A DNA stretch of 51,675 bases, filler included, from Catajapyx aquilonaris (taxonomy: Eukaryota), in assembly GCA_000934665.2 (NCBI GenBank). It is 2 parts of 2 records of this genome, joined end to end, with 100 filler letters (N's around TTAATTAATTAA, not from the genome) between each part and the next. Parts side by side here need not be neighbours in the genome. Positions count along the whole stretch, not along the records: positions 1 to 25,823 come from KZ539326.1; 1 more part is not named here. One strand, given 5' to 3'. Both the position numbers and the translations under genes were made by a program. Shown here one piece after another: positions 1 through 12,600 of this stretch (position 1 is the stretch's first letter; the number at the start of each line of letters is the position of its first letter). Below the pieces are notes generated by a model that made no database searches, was not told the DNA's origin, and saw only the letters and a list, made by a program, of their open reading frames with translations.

Positions 1-519
1 GCAACGCAGGGGAGTTGGATCAAAATGTTGCTGTCCAGCCACTCTAATATATGTCATTCAATGGAAGAATGCTTCTAAAGGGTGACCTCGGGTGACCTCC
101 ATCAGTTTGGAGAAAGAGTTCGGCCTTGATTTGCCAACGAACCCCATCTTGAGTCCGGCGAGTCCGCCCCTCTTTCACCTCTCTCTCTTTTAGGGGAGAG
201 TGAGAGAGAGAGGAGAGGGAGTGAGGGAGAGATACGCGATTGGGCAAACGCGTGATATCTCGATGGGGCTTGCATTTCGCATATCGGTTCCCTGAGGCGG
301 CAATTTGTCTCACACGAATATTCTTACAACATTTTTACGGGGTAAAAACCACACGAGTTTTCCTGCCTCTAAACCAACTAATAAAACAGTTCACCACGTG
401 ACAACATGTTTTGAATCGTACCAAGGCCGCTAGGTGGCAACCCCTACCACATCAAAGATACAGTCAGTGGCGAACACAGCGGCCTTTAGCGGAAAACTAG
501 GTGCATAGATTATACACTA

Positions 520-1003
520 CAAGATGCGCAAGATGGTTGCCGTTTAGGTAGCGGGGCTACTTGAACAGGTCCTTTGACCAACCGTCGCTTTGGGAGATGA
601 TAGAGGGCTTCCAGGCGATCATTTTAAATATAGGAATCATGGGTCTCCGCAGCATAGTTACGGAGATAATGTGCTTCAAACACAAGGTATCAAAAATATC
701 CTGGCAGGTATGCGTCCCTCCACACGACCTTACCTTTTTCATTTAAATTAGATGTTACCATGTAATATGATTTTAATTTACGATCATATTAGGTGTAGCA
801 GGGGATGGCCTAGGCGATGGAAGTATCGTAAGCAGTATCCGAAGCGGATCCGAAGCCTATGAGCTGGTATAATGCACTTTTATTTAATGCTAATTATCTC
901 GGTAACTATGCAGCGGAGACTCATGTTTCATGTACTCAAAGTGATCGCCTAGAACCCCTCTATCATTTCCCAAAGCGACGGTAGGTCACATTTCCGCACC
1001 CTG
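520..1003. mobile_element. Tc1/mariner-type MITE (family A), ~100-bp imperfect inverted arms
   Basis: Left arm ttgaccaaccgtcgctttgggagatgatagagg...ggagataat (573-670) is the imperfect reverse complement of attatctcgg...cctctatcatttcccaaagcgacggtaggtca (893-988). The right end is ...ccgcaccctg|TA; the left end is degenerate or interrupted. A second copy lies at 45676-46026. Confidence 0.75.
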
Positions 1004-1672
1004 TATGGAAATAACAAGTGATGTTGTATTTATGGCCCCCAAAATGCCCTCGTAATAATTGTAGTATCCACAGTTTAAACCCAATCACTCTCCTGCCATG
1101 CTGAAGGTTATAGCAGTGTTTCTGAATGTTATACCTTCAGTACGTCAGGTGAGTGTTGGGTGCAGATTTCGGACAAGTGTGTCTCCTATGTACAATTCAA
1201 GGTCACAATATTAGATACCATGTAGGGATTGTGTTACATCCTATATAAACTTATACTGTATGTAGAGGAAAAATAATACGGAAGAAGTGTTGGGGTTTGC
1301 TTTCCAAACAATGATGCCTGTCTCCTGCTAATTGTATTCTCTTGGCTGAACTTTAGATCGATCCGTTCTCTCTTGGCCTCAGAAAAAGCGAGAATATGCC
1401 CGCAGAGAAGGTTCTCGTTACATGCTGTCCACTGTACAGTGATTAAACTTGATTACGAGAGGGTCCCCTGCAACAACGTTGCAAGAGCTAGATTAAAAAC
1501 CAGCATGTAGGCACTACCTAGATTCGTTAATAAGTTATGTGACTACTATTTTCATCTAGTGCACCTCTCCGTTCTTTTATGGTAATGGTGCATAAAAACT
1601 GGCCTATTAGAAAATCTGATGCAAATAAACACCATGAATTATTGCAAAAGGCACAATCGAATTATAATTTAA

Positions 1673-3472
1673 CCCCTTCGCTACCAGCTAGGCCGAAAAC
1701 GCCCAGATTTTAGCTTACGCGTATTTTGAAGATACGGACAAGATATTTTACAAATAATAACAGCTATACTTACCCGTTCAGGGAAAACCCTATGAATGTG
1801 TTGGCAACAATTTTACTCCTCCGGAAGTCCCTAAATTAATTTTCGAAGAGATCGCTGTAAAAACTTGAAATTCAATTGAAATTCAGGGTGGGACAAAAGT
1901 CATGGACGGATAAAAACTACGCAGCATGGCGTAAGTAACGAACGATTATAAGTATTTTAAAGAATTACACTACACAGAGAAAGATATGCCATTTATGGAT
2001 CAAGGTCCAAAAAAGTCACTTCTTGAAAACAACATCGGATAGATGTCCACCTTTGCGGGCAACACATTCCTCCAAGCTCCGGATGAAACCCTTCATAATG
2101 CACTCCAGCATGCCCAAGGGAATGGTTCTCACGGCGTGTCTTATCTGATCCTTAAGATCAGCCAATGACTGAGGATGTGTGGCAAACACCAAACTCTTCA
2201 AGTACGGTACCCCCACAAGAAGAAGTCGGGGGTGGTCAAATCCTGCGACCGCTGCAGCCATGTAATGTCCCCAAATCTCGAAATGACCCGCCCAGGAAAC
2301 ATTTGACTTTTAATTTGTTTGGTGTTCGCCTTACGTCCTCAGTCATTGGCTGAATAAGACACGCCGTGAGAAACATTCCCCTAGACATGCTGGAGCTCGT
2401 TATGAAGGGTTTCGTCCGGTGCTTGGAGGAATGTGTTGCCCGCACGGTTGGACATATATCCGGTGTTGTTTTCAAGAAGTGACTTTTTAGACCTTGATCC
2501 ATAAATGGCATATCTTTCTCTGTGTAGTGTAATTTTTAAAAATATAATCGTTCGTTACTTACGCCATGCTGCGTCGTTTTCATCCGCCCATGACTTTTGA
2601 CCCACCCTGTACTACCGGCCAACTGCTAGGCCACTGCTTATATTTTCGATTGCACGTACTCTGAAGATAAAAACAATATATTTTACTAATAATAACAGTT
2701 ACACTTACACGCTCATGCCGCTCTTCATGAATGTGCTGGAAACAACTATCATCTTCTAGAAGTTCCTGTATAAATTTTCACAAAATTACTACATTACTAG
2801 GCCTACATTTAGGTACAGTATAGTCTGGTGACCCCGAGTAGCTTGCCCCCTTGGGTAACTGGTTGTTTACTGCTATCCTTTTACATATGTTGCCATGGTG
2901 ATTGCCCGCGGGTAAGCTTACCCGGAGGGGCCTTAATGTCACTGTAAAAATACAAAACGCAAGTACTACTGGCCAACTGTTAGACTGATTTAATTATGAA
3001 ATGCATTGAAACATACGGAACATCTACCTTGAGAACTGTGCCAGATGAATTTGCTGAAATCGTTGTACTTCTCGAGAAATAAATATTTAGTGGGAGTTTT
3101 CCGAAGTGTCAGCAAGCCGCAGATAAGAATATTAATTTCATTCTCGCGAAGTACAACGATTTCATCAAATTCATTTTGCACGGTTCTCGAGGTAGATGTT
3201 CCGTGTGTTTCAATGTATTTCATAATTAAATCAGCCTAACAGTTGGCCTGTAGTACTTGATTTTTTAAAAAAAAATTACAGCGACACTTTTGAAAATTTA
3301 TTCAGGACCTTCTAGACGAGGAAAATATTGTTCCAAATGCATTCATTGCGTTTTCCCTGAACAGGTAAGTATAGCTGTTATTATTAATTTTGTGAAATAT
3401 CCTGTCCGTAACTTCAGAGTACACGTAATCTAAAATCTAGGGGTTTTCGGCCTAGCTGGTAGTGAAGGGGAG
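1673..3472. mobile_element. piggyBac-type non-autonomous fold-back element with nested insertions
   Basis: TTAA at 1669-1672 and 3473-3476. Termini ccccttcgctaccagctaggccgaaaac / gttttcggcctagctggtagtgaagggg, with ~200-bp inverted arms. An internal direct copy of the arm unit sits at ~2640-2790 and an internal palindrome at 2960-3260. Confidence 0.8.
1884..2609. mobile_element. Tc1/mariner fold-back element whose two arms both derive from the transposase 3' end
   Basis: TIR cagggtgggacaaaagtcatgg / ccatgacttttgacccaccctg|TA. The minus strand reads FPGRVISRFGDITWLQRSQDLTTPDFFLWG[frameshift]YLKSLVFATHPQSLADLKDQI...GGHLSDVVFKK*, matching the WPxxSPDLxPxDFFLWG motif of IS630-Tc1-mariner transposases. 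The same C-terminus recurs on + at ~2320-2482. Confidence 0.9.
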
Positions 3473-3749
3473 TTAACCACAATATTTTCTATTATATCAC
3501 GTGATTCGTAAGTAGGAGCGATAATAATAAAGGCACGCTTCCTAATGCTACATGTTGAATGCAGATTTTTATACTGTATTGCATGTATTGCATTGTTTGT
3601 GTTAATACATACCTATTTTCATGTGAAACCGCATCCTATTAAAAATGGTGAAGTACTAATTACCCTGCTCTCGAGTATCTAATCCGTGCATTATGAAGGC
3701 ATATGTGCTTTTTGCTTTTCATATTCAGCCAACACACACCTGGTCACAC

Positions 3750-3979
3750 AGGGGTGTGGTGTAAAAAGGTGATAATCTGATTACCCTCATTTTTGTCGTT
3801 TTTGACATAAACACCTAGCAACTATGTAAAAGACATGACAAGCAGTTTGGTATACTCCCAAGTTCACGTATCATGCAGGAGACGGTCACACGGACTATAG
3901 ATCAAAACCCGCAAACTTCAATTGGCTCTCCTGAAAAATTACACTTTTGTGGGTTATCACCTTTTTCAACCACACCCCT
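3750..3979. mobile_element. MITE, ~26-bp TIRs (possibly PIF/Harbinger)
   Basis: aggggtgtggtgtaaaaaggtgataa ... ttatcacctttttcaaccacacccct; the TSD is not clean. Confidence 0.65.
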
Positions 3980-4191
3980 TACATGCATTATAGTTCTTTG
4001 CCACATGCAAGGGAATGCATAAATTCTCATTTTCGCTTTTGTGAACTATATATAGTCACTATGAATATTGCCTACAGCTCTACACAACTACCATCATAAG
4101 GTGTCATTGTGCCAGAACATTATGCGGAAGCAGGATGCCTTCTTATATGAATGGAATATGTACTCTGTAAACACGATTATAGGCCAACACG

Positions 4192-4339
4192 CAAGGGGGT
4201 AATCACTTCGGTACCCCGGTGTACACCTGGGAGTGGTACTCCCTGGTACTCCTCAGGCACCTCACTCTTTATTACTCCGTGGTACTCCTTGAATTTGGTA
4301 CTCCAGTGTACACTTTTCAGTCGAGTGATTACCCCCTTG
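4192..4339. mobile_element. 148-bp MITE with 8-bp TSD (P or hAT superfamily)
   Basis: Perfect TIR CAAGGGGGTAATCACT / AGTGATTACCCCCTTG. Perfect TSD CCAACACG at 4184-4191 and 4340-4347. Repeated internal GGTACTCC motifs. Confidence 0.85.
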
Positions 4340-5773
4340 CCAACACGTCCTTTTATTGGGCCATTTACCAAACACTGTTGGTTCACGACTCGGAGAGTGT
4401 ATAGATTTGTTACATATCCGTGAGGGCGATTGCGATAATTGAGGGCGATTTGAGGCTTGAAAATATGCGTAATATATTGTCATGTCATGCATTTCACCAC
4501 ATTTGACAAATAGTACCCAGAAAATTACCATAAGCAAGGCATGCCAACTCCGTGTCTTGCCCATCCTCACTCTAAATGATTATTTTATGTTGGATATTTT
4601 ATTGTAGGGCTAGGCTTGATCTTGTAGTACTTCACCCAAGAAAACAAAAGGCTCATCAGTGGGCCACTAGTTTTCCTAAATGCATTCATGCAATTTTGAC
4701 ACCAGCCGTTTATATTACCCACCTCCCGGATTGTGTCGTTAAATATCCCACTGCTGCTTTAATTTTGGTGCAATATTAATACAAATGAATTTTAAAAGGC
4801 ACTGCAGGAAGCTCCTCGCTTCCAGAAAACGTGAGCACGACACACAAGCACATGATATATTCTGCCATATTGAGATTCTCAACCAGGACCGTTAGCTGAA
4901 TACAAAAATGTTACTGAGGAACAACATGTGGCTATATAAGGGGGTTGAGTATTGTAATCTTATAACGGGATGAAAATCACTAAGCTATAATAGTGTAAAA
5001 TATCAGAAAAGAATCGAATTAACTCCTAGACAGGTTGTTCCTACAGGCACGACCTTTTCGGACCGAGATTTTTAAGATCAAAGTGCTCCAGTTCAGTTCG
5101 GCGATTTTGCCCTCATTATACCCAGATATTCGCATGATAGTTTTGGTTTCGCCACACGCATACGGTAAATAGTAGGAAATATCCTACTGGTTACGCCACG
5201 ACACCGGACTACTTGTATACTTGATAAATGTATCGCCTGACGCTCACAATTTATAACCTGCGTCCTACACATGTGTGACAAAGCTATTATTAATTATATT
5301 AAATTATAATACTATTACTTATCTGCGTAATGAATCCGTAATCAAAACCGTCTTGCAATAACATCGAAACCTATAAGGCTGAGAGAAATATTGCACTCAC
5401 TACATTCGCACTTCTTTCCTTACCTTGCAGTTCTTCCCAATTCGGGGCCGAAATCCTGGATTGATGATCTCGTTACGGGATTTTAAAAAGGCAGCGTAAA
5501 ATCCAAAAGAAGATGAACAAAAGTTTTCCCTCCTCCCCCCACCCTCCCCCCGATCCGGATTTTCTACTTGTACCATCCGAAACGCCCTCTAACCATCAGG
5601 TTGCAGATTGGCATCAGATTGGGGAAGTGATTTTCGTCTGCAGCTGACATTCTGTCGCCTCGATAATTCGATATGTTTCAAAAAGTCACAAAAAATGACG
5701 CAATAGACTTACCTCCAGTGCAGTAGCTTAGGGGGCTCTACTGCCTTGAGAGTATTTTTTTATTCCGGCCTAG

Positions 5774-5896
5774 ATTCAATACAGCGCCGACTCAAACTGG
5801 GCTTATATTGGATGATTCAGGTAGTTCGGAGAGCGCTCGTGGCGAAGATGATGTGCCCTTCTTGATGAATACTACAAAGAAGGAGCCGAGAGAAAG
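5774..5896 (+). CDS. possible internal coding exon (FNTAPTQTGLILDDSGSSESARGEDDVPFLMNTTKKEPRE), product unknown
   Basis: tag| acceptor at 5773, AG|gtaac donor at 5897, 123 nt, open in phase 2-2. No family recognised, and the same DNA has stronger splice sites on the minus strand. Confidence 0.25.
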
Positions 5897-6346
5897 GTAA
5901 CGAACTACGTGTATGAGTTGAAATCTAATGATTTTGTTCAGTCGAGGTACATTGTATAATGTTGCTCACTATACGTTTATTGAATGGTTACGATGCTGAT
6001 GAAATGCCTCATTAGGTATACTAAGTTAATTTTTTTTAATTGCAACAGAAGCTGTTATTTATGATCTCAAATTATACGAGTAATTCATTTATACAAAAAA
6101 TTAAGAATTTGTATATAATATTAGCAATAATGTTGCTGACAAACTGACAAATTGAACGTAGATGTACCCCCCATTTATACACGCCTAACTGAACAATATA
6201 AAACTTGACATTATATTATTGTAAATTTTACTCTCTGGTGTGGAAAAGTCATGCAGATTTCTGCTTGAGAAATTTACAGTCCCCTATAGAGAAATGTTTG
6301 AAAAAGGGTTCCCATCCCATATGCAGTATAAAATCTTTACAATTCA

Positions 6347-6772
6347 ACCGAAGCCGGTTGGTGGAGTGGATAAGAATCGGGAGATCCTGGGTTCGAGTTC
6401 CTGGACTGGCGATCCTGACCTTGGTTTTCTGTGGTTTCCCAAGGTCCTCCCAGGAAAATTCCGGGGTCGCTTCCGTAAATAATAAGCCTCTGCAGCCCCC
6501 TTCCTTTCCTATCCTTGACCAATTTATGGGGAGGTGCGGTGTCGGTGGAGAGATTCTGTCCCGCACCTAGGAGTTCTCTTGCAACACGACCCCCAACATA
6601 AAGACAACTGACTTGCACCAGTGTTCCCTCCTCACAAATCCCTATCCTGATCCCTGCACCGCACCGGAGAGAAAAATGCGAAAGAAAATTCGTAAGAAAA
6701 AAATTGCTGTAAAAATTGCCCTAAGGGAGTCAATGAATCCAGCACGGGGTAGCAAATATAAATAATAAAAAT
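6347..6772 (+). mobile_element. tRNA-derived SINE (family S1)
   Basis: A-box tggtggagtgg and B-box ggttcgagttcc; central ggttttctgtggtttccc...caggaaaattccgggg block; 3' cacggggta plus A-rich tail. 16-bp TSD aaatctt(t/c)acaattca at 6331-6346 and 6773-6788. Confidence 0.85.
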
Positions 6773-8329
6773 AAATCTTCACAATTCAGGCTATCATACC
6801 TAAATACCTTGAAATCAGTCATGCCATTTAGATTCTGATCGCTCTGCTTTTCCGGTCATCCACTGGTTACTTTGCTAAGAATTGTCTGTGGTTACACACA
6901 AAAGAAAACTATACTATACTTTCTTCTCTATTGTCATGATTTGAAACCCATTACTTTATTCATGATTCCTATTATCCGACTACTCGGTAAGTAATTTTGA
7001 TGCCAACTTCATAATTTAATGAAAATGTCCCTGGCCCAATCAATTTATCACTTGAAAACAGGGTTACAAAAGCGCACTTGCAAAATTTACATTATGGTGA
7101 TATTCGACGACAATTTTAATTACACGCCAGGTGGACACGATGAATTTGCAGCGGCTAAATTATAATATAATGGGAATAAATCAGACGTCCCACATAATAG
7201 GTCTCTTTTACAGGGACCATCAATACGTCAAAAGTCAGAGAGCAGTGGGAATAACGCAGCGGTTAGATTTATGTCCCATTTTGACCCCCCCCCCTCACCC
7301 TCATTGATTTTGCTGAGGAAGTTAAGGCATGCTAGCTTTTGTTGTTTTGAGAGAAAATTGTGCTTTCGGATACTGGGGAAGATGAATGTTTACAGCATTT
7401 TAAAAGCCCCGGCTCACATCCGCTATGGAAATGCGGGCATGTCAAAAGGAGCCTATTTGAATAGTCACAGGGCGTGAAATTGCACAGCAAATAGTATTGA
7501 ATCAATGACGAACCGACTGTCAGTTAGCGCTACTGCATATGGAACGAGATCGCAGGCGTATACGTTGTACTCACGCGCACAAAAGAATTCGTCCGTATCT
7601 TTTTCTCTCTCTTTCCCTTATGTAAATAACTTTGCCAATTCAGTCACATTCTATGCGAACTTTATTTCGGAGTCAAATGTCAGTAACCGCTGGAGTACCT
7701 CATATTCGTTGGTTTCCCCTTTAGGGATAAAAAGATTCGCCAAGAAAAATTTTGCTCCGTGGCAATAAAAAAAATCGATCATCTGACCCGAAAATACTGT
7801 TTGCTTTACATCGTCGTGGCGTCTTAAGACGATCCCTCTTCTGATGGGTCTACGGATATTCCAAAGAAAATGATCCGCATCACCAAACTCAATCCTACAG
7901 CTTATACTGCTAGTTACTGGTATCTTTGTGTTTGTTTGGGTGCTGGATCATGAGTGCTGCATCCGTCTCAAAGCTCTGTTCAAGTCTTTCATTGCCTTAA
8001 TACTATCGGCGACCATCATATACTGTATTATTGCGCATAGTCGTTCTTTGATATATTCTGTGAATACCACTGATGCCTGCGGAATATACCGCAGGCAGTG
8101 GCAATCAAAGAATCTTCTCATAACATAGTCTATATCTGCTGCAATATTTGCCCAATAGTGCAGTACCAGACACTGGTTGTTTGTTAAGTTACAGTTATCG
8201 AAAACGGCATCAGAAAGTACCGGTACTTAATCAGATACTCAAGAACTGCCAAGAATAGCATAAGATCTTTTTCTACACATAATAATCGATAAGATTTTAA
8301 CCCTTACTGTAAAGGAAAATATTCTTATG

Positions 8330-8452
8330 CCTGGTTGCACCAACAAAATTACAGGTCCGATAGCTCCTAATGGACAGATAGGTAGACCTTTTAACATGTG
8401 CTATCGGTCCGTTAGGAGCTATCGGACCGATAATTTTGTTGGTGCAACCAGG
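8330..8452. mobile_element. short hairpin MITE (Harbinger-like ends)
   Basis: cctggttgcaccaacaaaatta..ggtccgatagctcctaatggacagatag / ctatcggtccgttaggagctatcggacc..taattttgttggtgcaaccagg: ~50-bp near-perfect arms with a ~20-nt loop. Confidence 0.75.
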
Positions 8453-8979
8453 GATTCCTCTTACATTTGGCTTGCATTTTAAGACCTGAACTGTAGCAGA
8501 GTATTTAGAGTCCAATTTTGGTTACCATTCATTAATAGTCCTCTGTAATACTTTGAATAATACTCGTAGTTTGCGTAGTCTTCTAGAGAATTTTTTAAAG
8601 AGTCTTGCGGTCTTCAAACATTAAACTGATCTTACAATAATAATTATGTCATCGTGACTCGGGTTGCTTCCTTGACTGTGCCTCACTGATCTTAATCGAA
8701 AAGGAAATGTTTAAAAAAATTGTATATGAGAGAGGTATTTTTTTTTTAAATGTACAGTATATGAATCTGCCCTTATCGTGTGTAGATATTATTGGTCGAC
8801 CAAGAAAAGAGGGTCGGCTGACTAACGTCGACTTGAGGTAGCTTTGAAAGGTTTGCTCAAATGTCTTTTGAAACAATATCATACTATAGCTTACGTATAT
8901 GACAGCATTTAAAAATATTATTCCATTTTAATACATGCTTTTGAATCGTGCGGATTTTTTTTGTGATTGTAGAAAACAT

Positions 8980-9347
8980 GAAGAGTGGAAATGATAAAGG
9001 GCCTAAGCGTCAAATTTTTTTTTTGAGATTATGCACTAAAAGAGCTCTTTGGGCCCAGGCTAATACTAATACGAAACCTCCAAATGCCCCAGATGGCTCA
9101 TTTGATACCAGGAATTCCCCAAAGATAGCCTCCTCAGACCCGAAAGAGTTCTATTCAACATTATATGCTCCAGATTTTGTGTTTAAGTGTACTTTCACAC
9201 TCTGAACAAAAGACCATCTATTATTGTATGTTGCATCTGCCAAGTTATCATCACCAAGAAAGTATCATTACTGACAGGACACACAAAAATCGATTTTTCT
9301 CGGCTTCAAAAATATGGCACTTAGGCCCTTTATCATTTTCACTCTTC
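8980..9347. mobile_element. MITE with 4-bp TSD (Sola-like)
   Basis: TIR gaagagtggaaatgataaagggcctaag / cttaggccctttatcattttcactcttc. ACAT is duplicated at 8976-8979 and 9348-9351. Confidence 0.8.
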
Positions 9348-9646
9348 ACATATTCTGCAGGTTTAATTCAGTACTGGGAAAAGCAAAGAATAAGTTATGA
9401 AAAGTCTTTCTGATGCCACAAGAACATGGTCATTCAGGACTTATGTGTCCGCCTTTTAAGAATTTCAGAGCAAAACTTGATAATTTAATGAACTTTTCCA
9501 TCTGTGATTTTTTTAAAGGGGCAGAACCTTTTCCGATTACCCCCGCCCATTCAAAGGCTGTTGTTCATGCCAGCCTATACGGAAGAAAAAATATCCATAA
9601 TCCCAAAAAGTTACAAAGGAAAGGCAAAGTTGCCTCAATATCCCCC

Positions 9647-9668
9647 NNNNNNNNNNNNNNNNNNNNNN
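9647..9668. other. assembly gap inside poly-C run
   Basis: N run flanked by C homopolymer. Confidence 0.95.
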
Positions 9669-12600
9669 CCCCCCCCCCCCCCCCCGCGAGTTATTCTAAA
9701 TTGGCCTTATTTCAGTACACTGGTATGAAACTGCTTCAATGTGGATGATGAGAAAAGTGTAATATTATGCACTTCATTGGTCTTGTTCTAAATAAATGCA
9801 CTGTTGACTAAGTTGTTATACAAAGTGTTGGTTAATTAAATTTCCCAACCGCTTTTGTGTACCTAATTTTAGTGAAAAAGGGCATCCACGGCACAACGTT
9901 ATGAACCCGAATGCATCCTTTTACAGCCGGAAGGTATACGGTATGCTATTACCATCGCGAGGAAAAAGAATGGCGATAACAACAAAACGTATGAAAGCAT
10001 ATTCCCGCAATCTTCAATGAACAAAAATGCAATTACGGTTTATGACCAATTTAAAAGTAACTGCTGTATCGTTGATTGAGAAATCAATCGCAACTATAAT
10101 GACTAATGCCATCAACATATTCGCTTTCTGTAGCAGAGGTTATTAACAACACTGACACAATATTAGAGGTCTAGAAAAATGTACTCTAGATTCTAAGAGA
10201 AAGGAAATAAAATTGACATCTTTATTGATCAAAAGTAATAGGCTACACTACTTTTAATACACTGGGGAAGAGAGGAGTTGTTTGTTCATCGTTTGTATTC
10301 ACGAGTGTCTTGGGAAACTAACCTGGAAAATAGTAATATTCAACAATGTAAAGAATAAAACTAACAATAGTAATTCATGACGTCAGCATCCGTCAAGTAC
10401 ACAGTATGCCGTATGTCACTGCTACATGGTTCCATTTTTCCACATCTACAAAACTTAGGTACACCTTTTAGAATTCTGCGTATTTACGTGCTACGACCCT
10501 TGTAATATCATTTGTGCCCCTATGCCTAAAGGCCTTTATCATAAAATACCACTAAATAGTGTGAGCTAAATGCGTTCTCGTAAATTGAGTTGGCTGCAGA
10601 ATGTAGGCTATGGTAAGAAATTTAATTTGAGAGCGGAGGGCACAACAAACATTGTCCCCACTTTAACTGAGTCAGGAGAATTCATTATTACTTTTTTGCA
10701 GTGAAAACATTTACACATTAGTCTAATTTACATGGTAAGGTCACTACGAAAACGCGGCGCCGCTACACCCTCGACACATTTCCACCTATTTTTCCACGCC
10801 TCAGGTGGAAAATTGGAAGAATCTGGCATCATGTGGATTATGTTATATACTAATATGTACAGTATATACATATAGTATAGTATACTGTACAATGACATAA
10901 AATACATGTTCTGAGAAAATGCTTTCAATGCTGGCATAATTGCATGGTTGTGATGTATATATATTCTTCAAAACAACGTAAAACTCCTGCTTGTTGGTGG
11001 TAAAGTTCAATGGCAAGTGCGACAGTCAGACAATAGGTAACGTGCTATTATTATGTGAAATACATCCAAGCCAGTTAACAAAAATATATTATAAATATTC
11101 AATAACAATATAGTTGCCGGTGTTGAAGGAATCCCATACCCGTGACTTGTGTACTCTTTGCGACGTGTATAATGTATAAACATAGCCCTATACATTACAT
11201 GTAAGTTAGATGGCAATGTTTATACTGAGGCCTTGTTTATAGTGCAACTGGGCCTTTAAAAATAAGGCTGCTTTATATGGATGTTCTCGCGCAGCTGACA
11301 ACTGTGCAAAAATCAACGTACAGTCGCGAGCATAATATCATCAAAACGTTGCCCTAACGGAACACCTTGCAGTCACAAGTCTGGGCAGTAAAGCACGGTA
11401 CCCGTAGGCGAACGGTAATCAACTTCTATATGGAAGCCCCTAAGGGACAAGCCTCATTCTTTCTTTCTTTGACGTATTCTTTGTGAGAAGGGGTACACTT
11501 GGAACAGGATGGGCTATTCATTAGAGACTGATGGTTACTGGGGAAAAACCTGGCCTATTCATGTCGGAGGAGAGGCAACTATACTGGGCAGGCAGGCTCG
11601 GTGATTCCGCGCACCTCTCCGGCGAAGAGTTGTGTCGGCGGAGGGACACCATCATCAATGGCTTCCACATACCGGGACTTTTATGACTAGCTCTCAGCAA
11701 CCAAGCTCAGCAGCTCCTGGAAAATAACTGTTATATTAGGGATATGGGTTTTGACTGACCGGCTTTGTTTTCATAATGGAATGGATGCTGGTAGAGGGGA
11801 ACGTTTTTTATGGTACTTGATTTTCACATGATAGTTCCATGGTCGACCATTTCCACTAACTTGTCATTATCAACAGGCTAAAATTTTACTGCTTAAAGAT
11901 TGACATTGCACTGAAGTTATATATAACTACATTACACGAAATCGTGACACTTATGAGCCACTGGACAGAGTCTGCATCAAAAGTAAAGTATCCAAGATTA
12001 GGTGCTACGTTAGGGATGGATGGTCGTATTACAGGGTTTTATGAAGCAAGAAGGGAGAGGCATACAGGCTACATTACGCCATCATGCATAAACTTACCCG
12101 CAAAATATTTAAAATGGCTCCAGGGAAGGAGTATACACTGAAATGACCAGCTCTCGGGTCTCACTTTGATTCTAACAAGTCGTGAATGTGCAAGTTATAA
12201 ATAATATAAACATGGCCTAACTGACGAAGTGCTTATAGTCTCCGCATAAAAGTCATTTCTCGGCTGCAATGTAATGGCAAGTTTCCTTCTGGGTCTATTC
12301 CCTTGTGTTTCTGCATGTCCAAAAAAGGGTGTAATATTATTGATGTTTGTGAGATATCCCAAATAGGTGGGTGCTATAGATGCATAAACGTAATGGAGTC
12401 AAAAAAAATACACCTTCCATAATGAGGCGACTCCAACTTTCTGGATCACCGCGTATAGATTCCTGTGATCCAACAACTCTATTGTATACTTAGATTATTG
12501 TGGTTAACTTGCATCCTCTTTTCCGTCTCTGACTAAACCTTATAGTAAAATATCGTAATGTGCGCGTTTTTCCCACTGATTTGAATTTCGCATATTCGAG

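Noticed and set aside
1098..1148. MLKVIAVFLNVIPSVRQ|gtgagt as the signal-peptide exon of the VWC-like gene
   Set aside because: It ends in phase 0 whereas the 15799 exon needs phase 1, and the hydrophobic core is weak.
11490..11717. GC-rich segment as a minus-strand coding exon (VEAIDDGVP looks cadherin-like)
   Set aside because: Stops in all three frames shortly after the acceptor and no further cadherin motifs.
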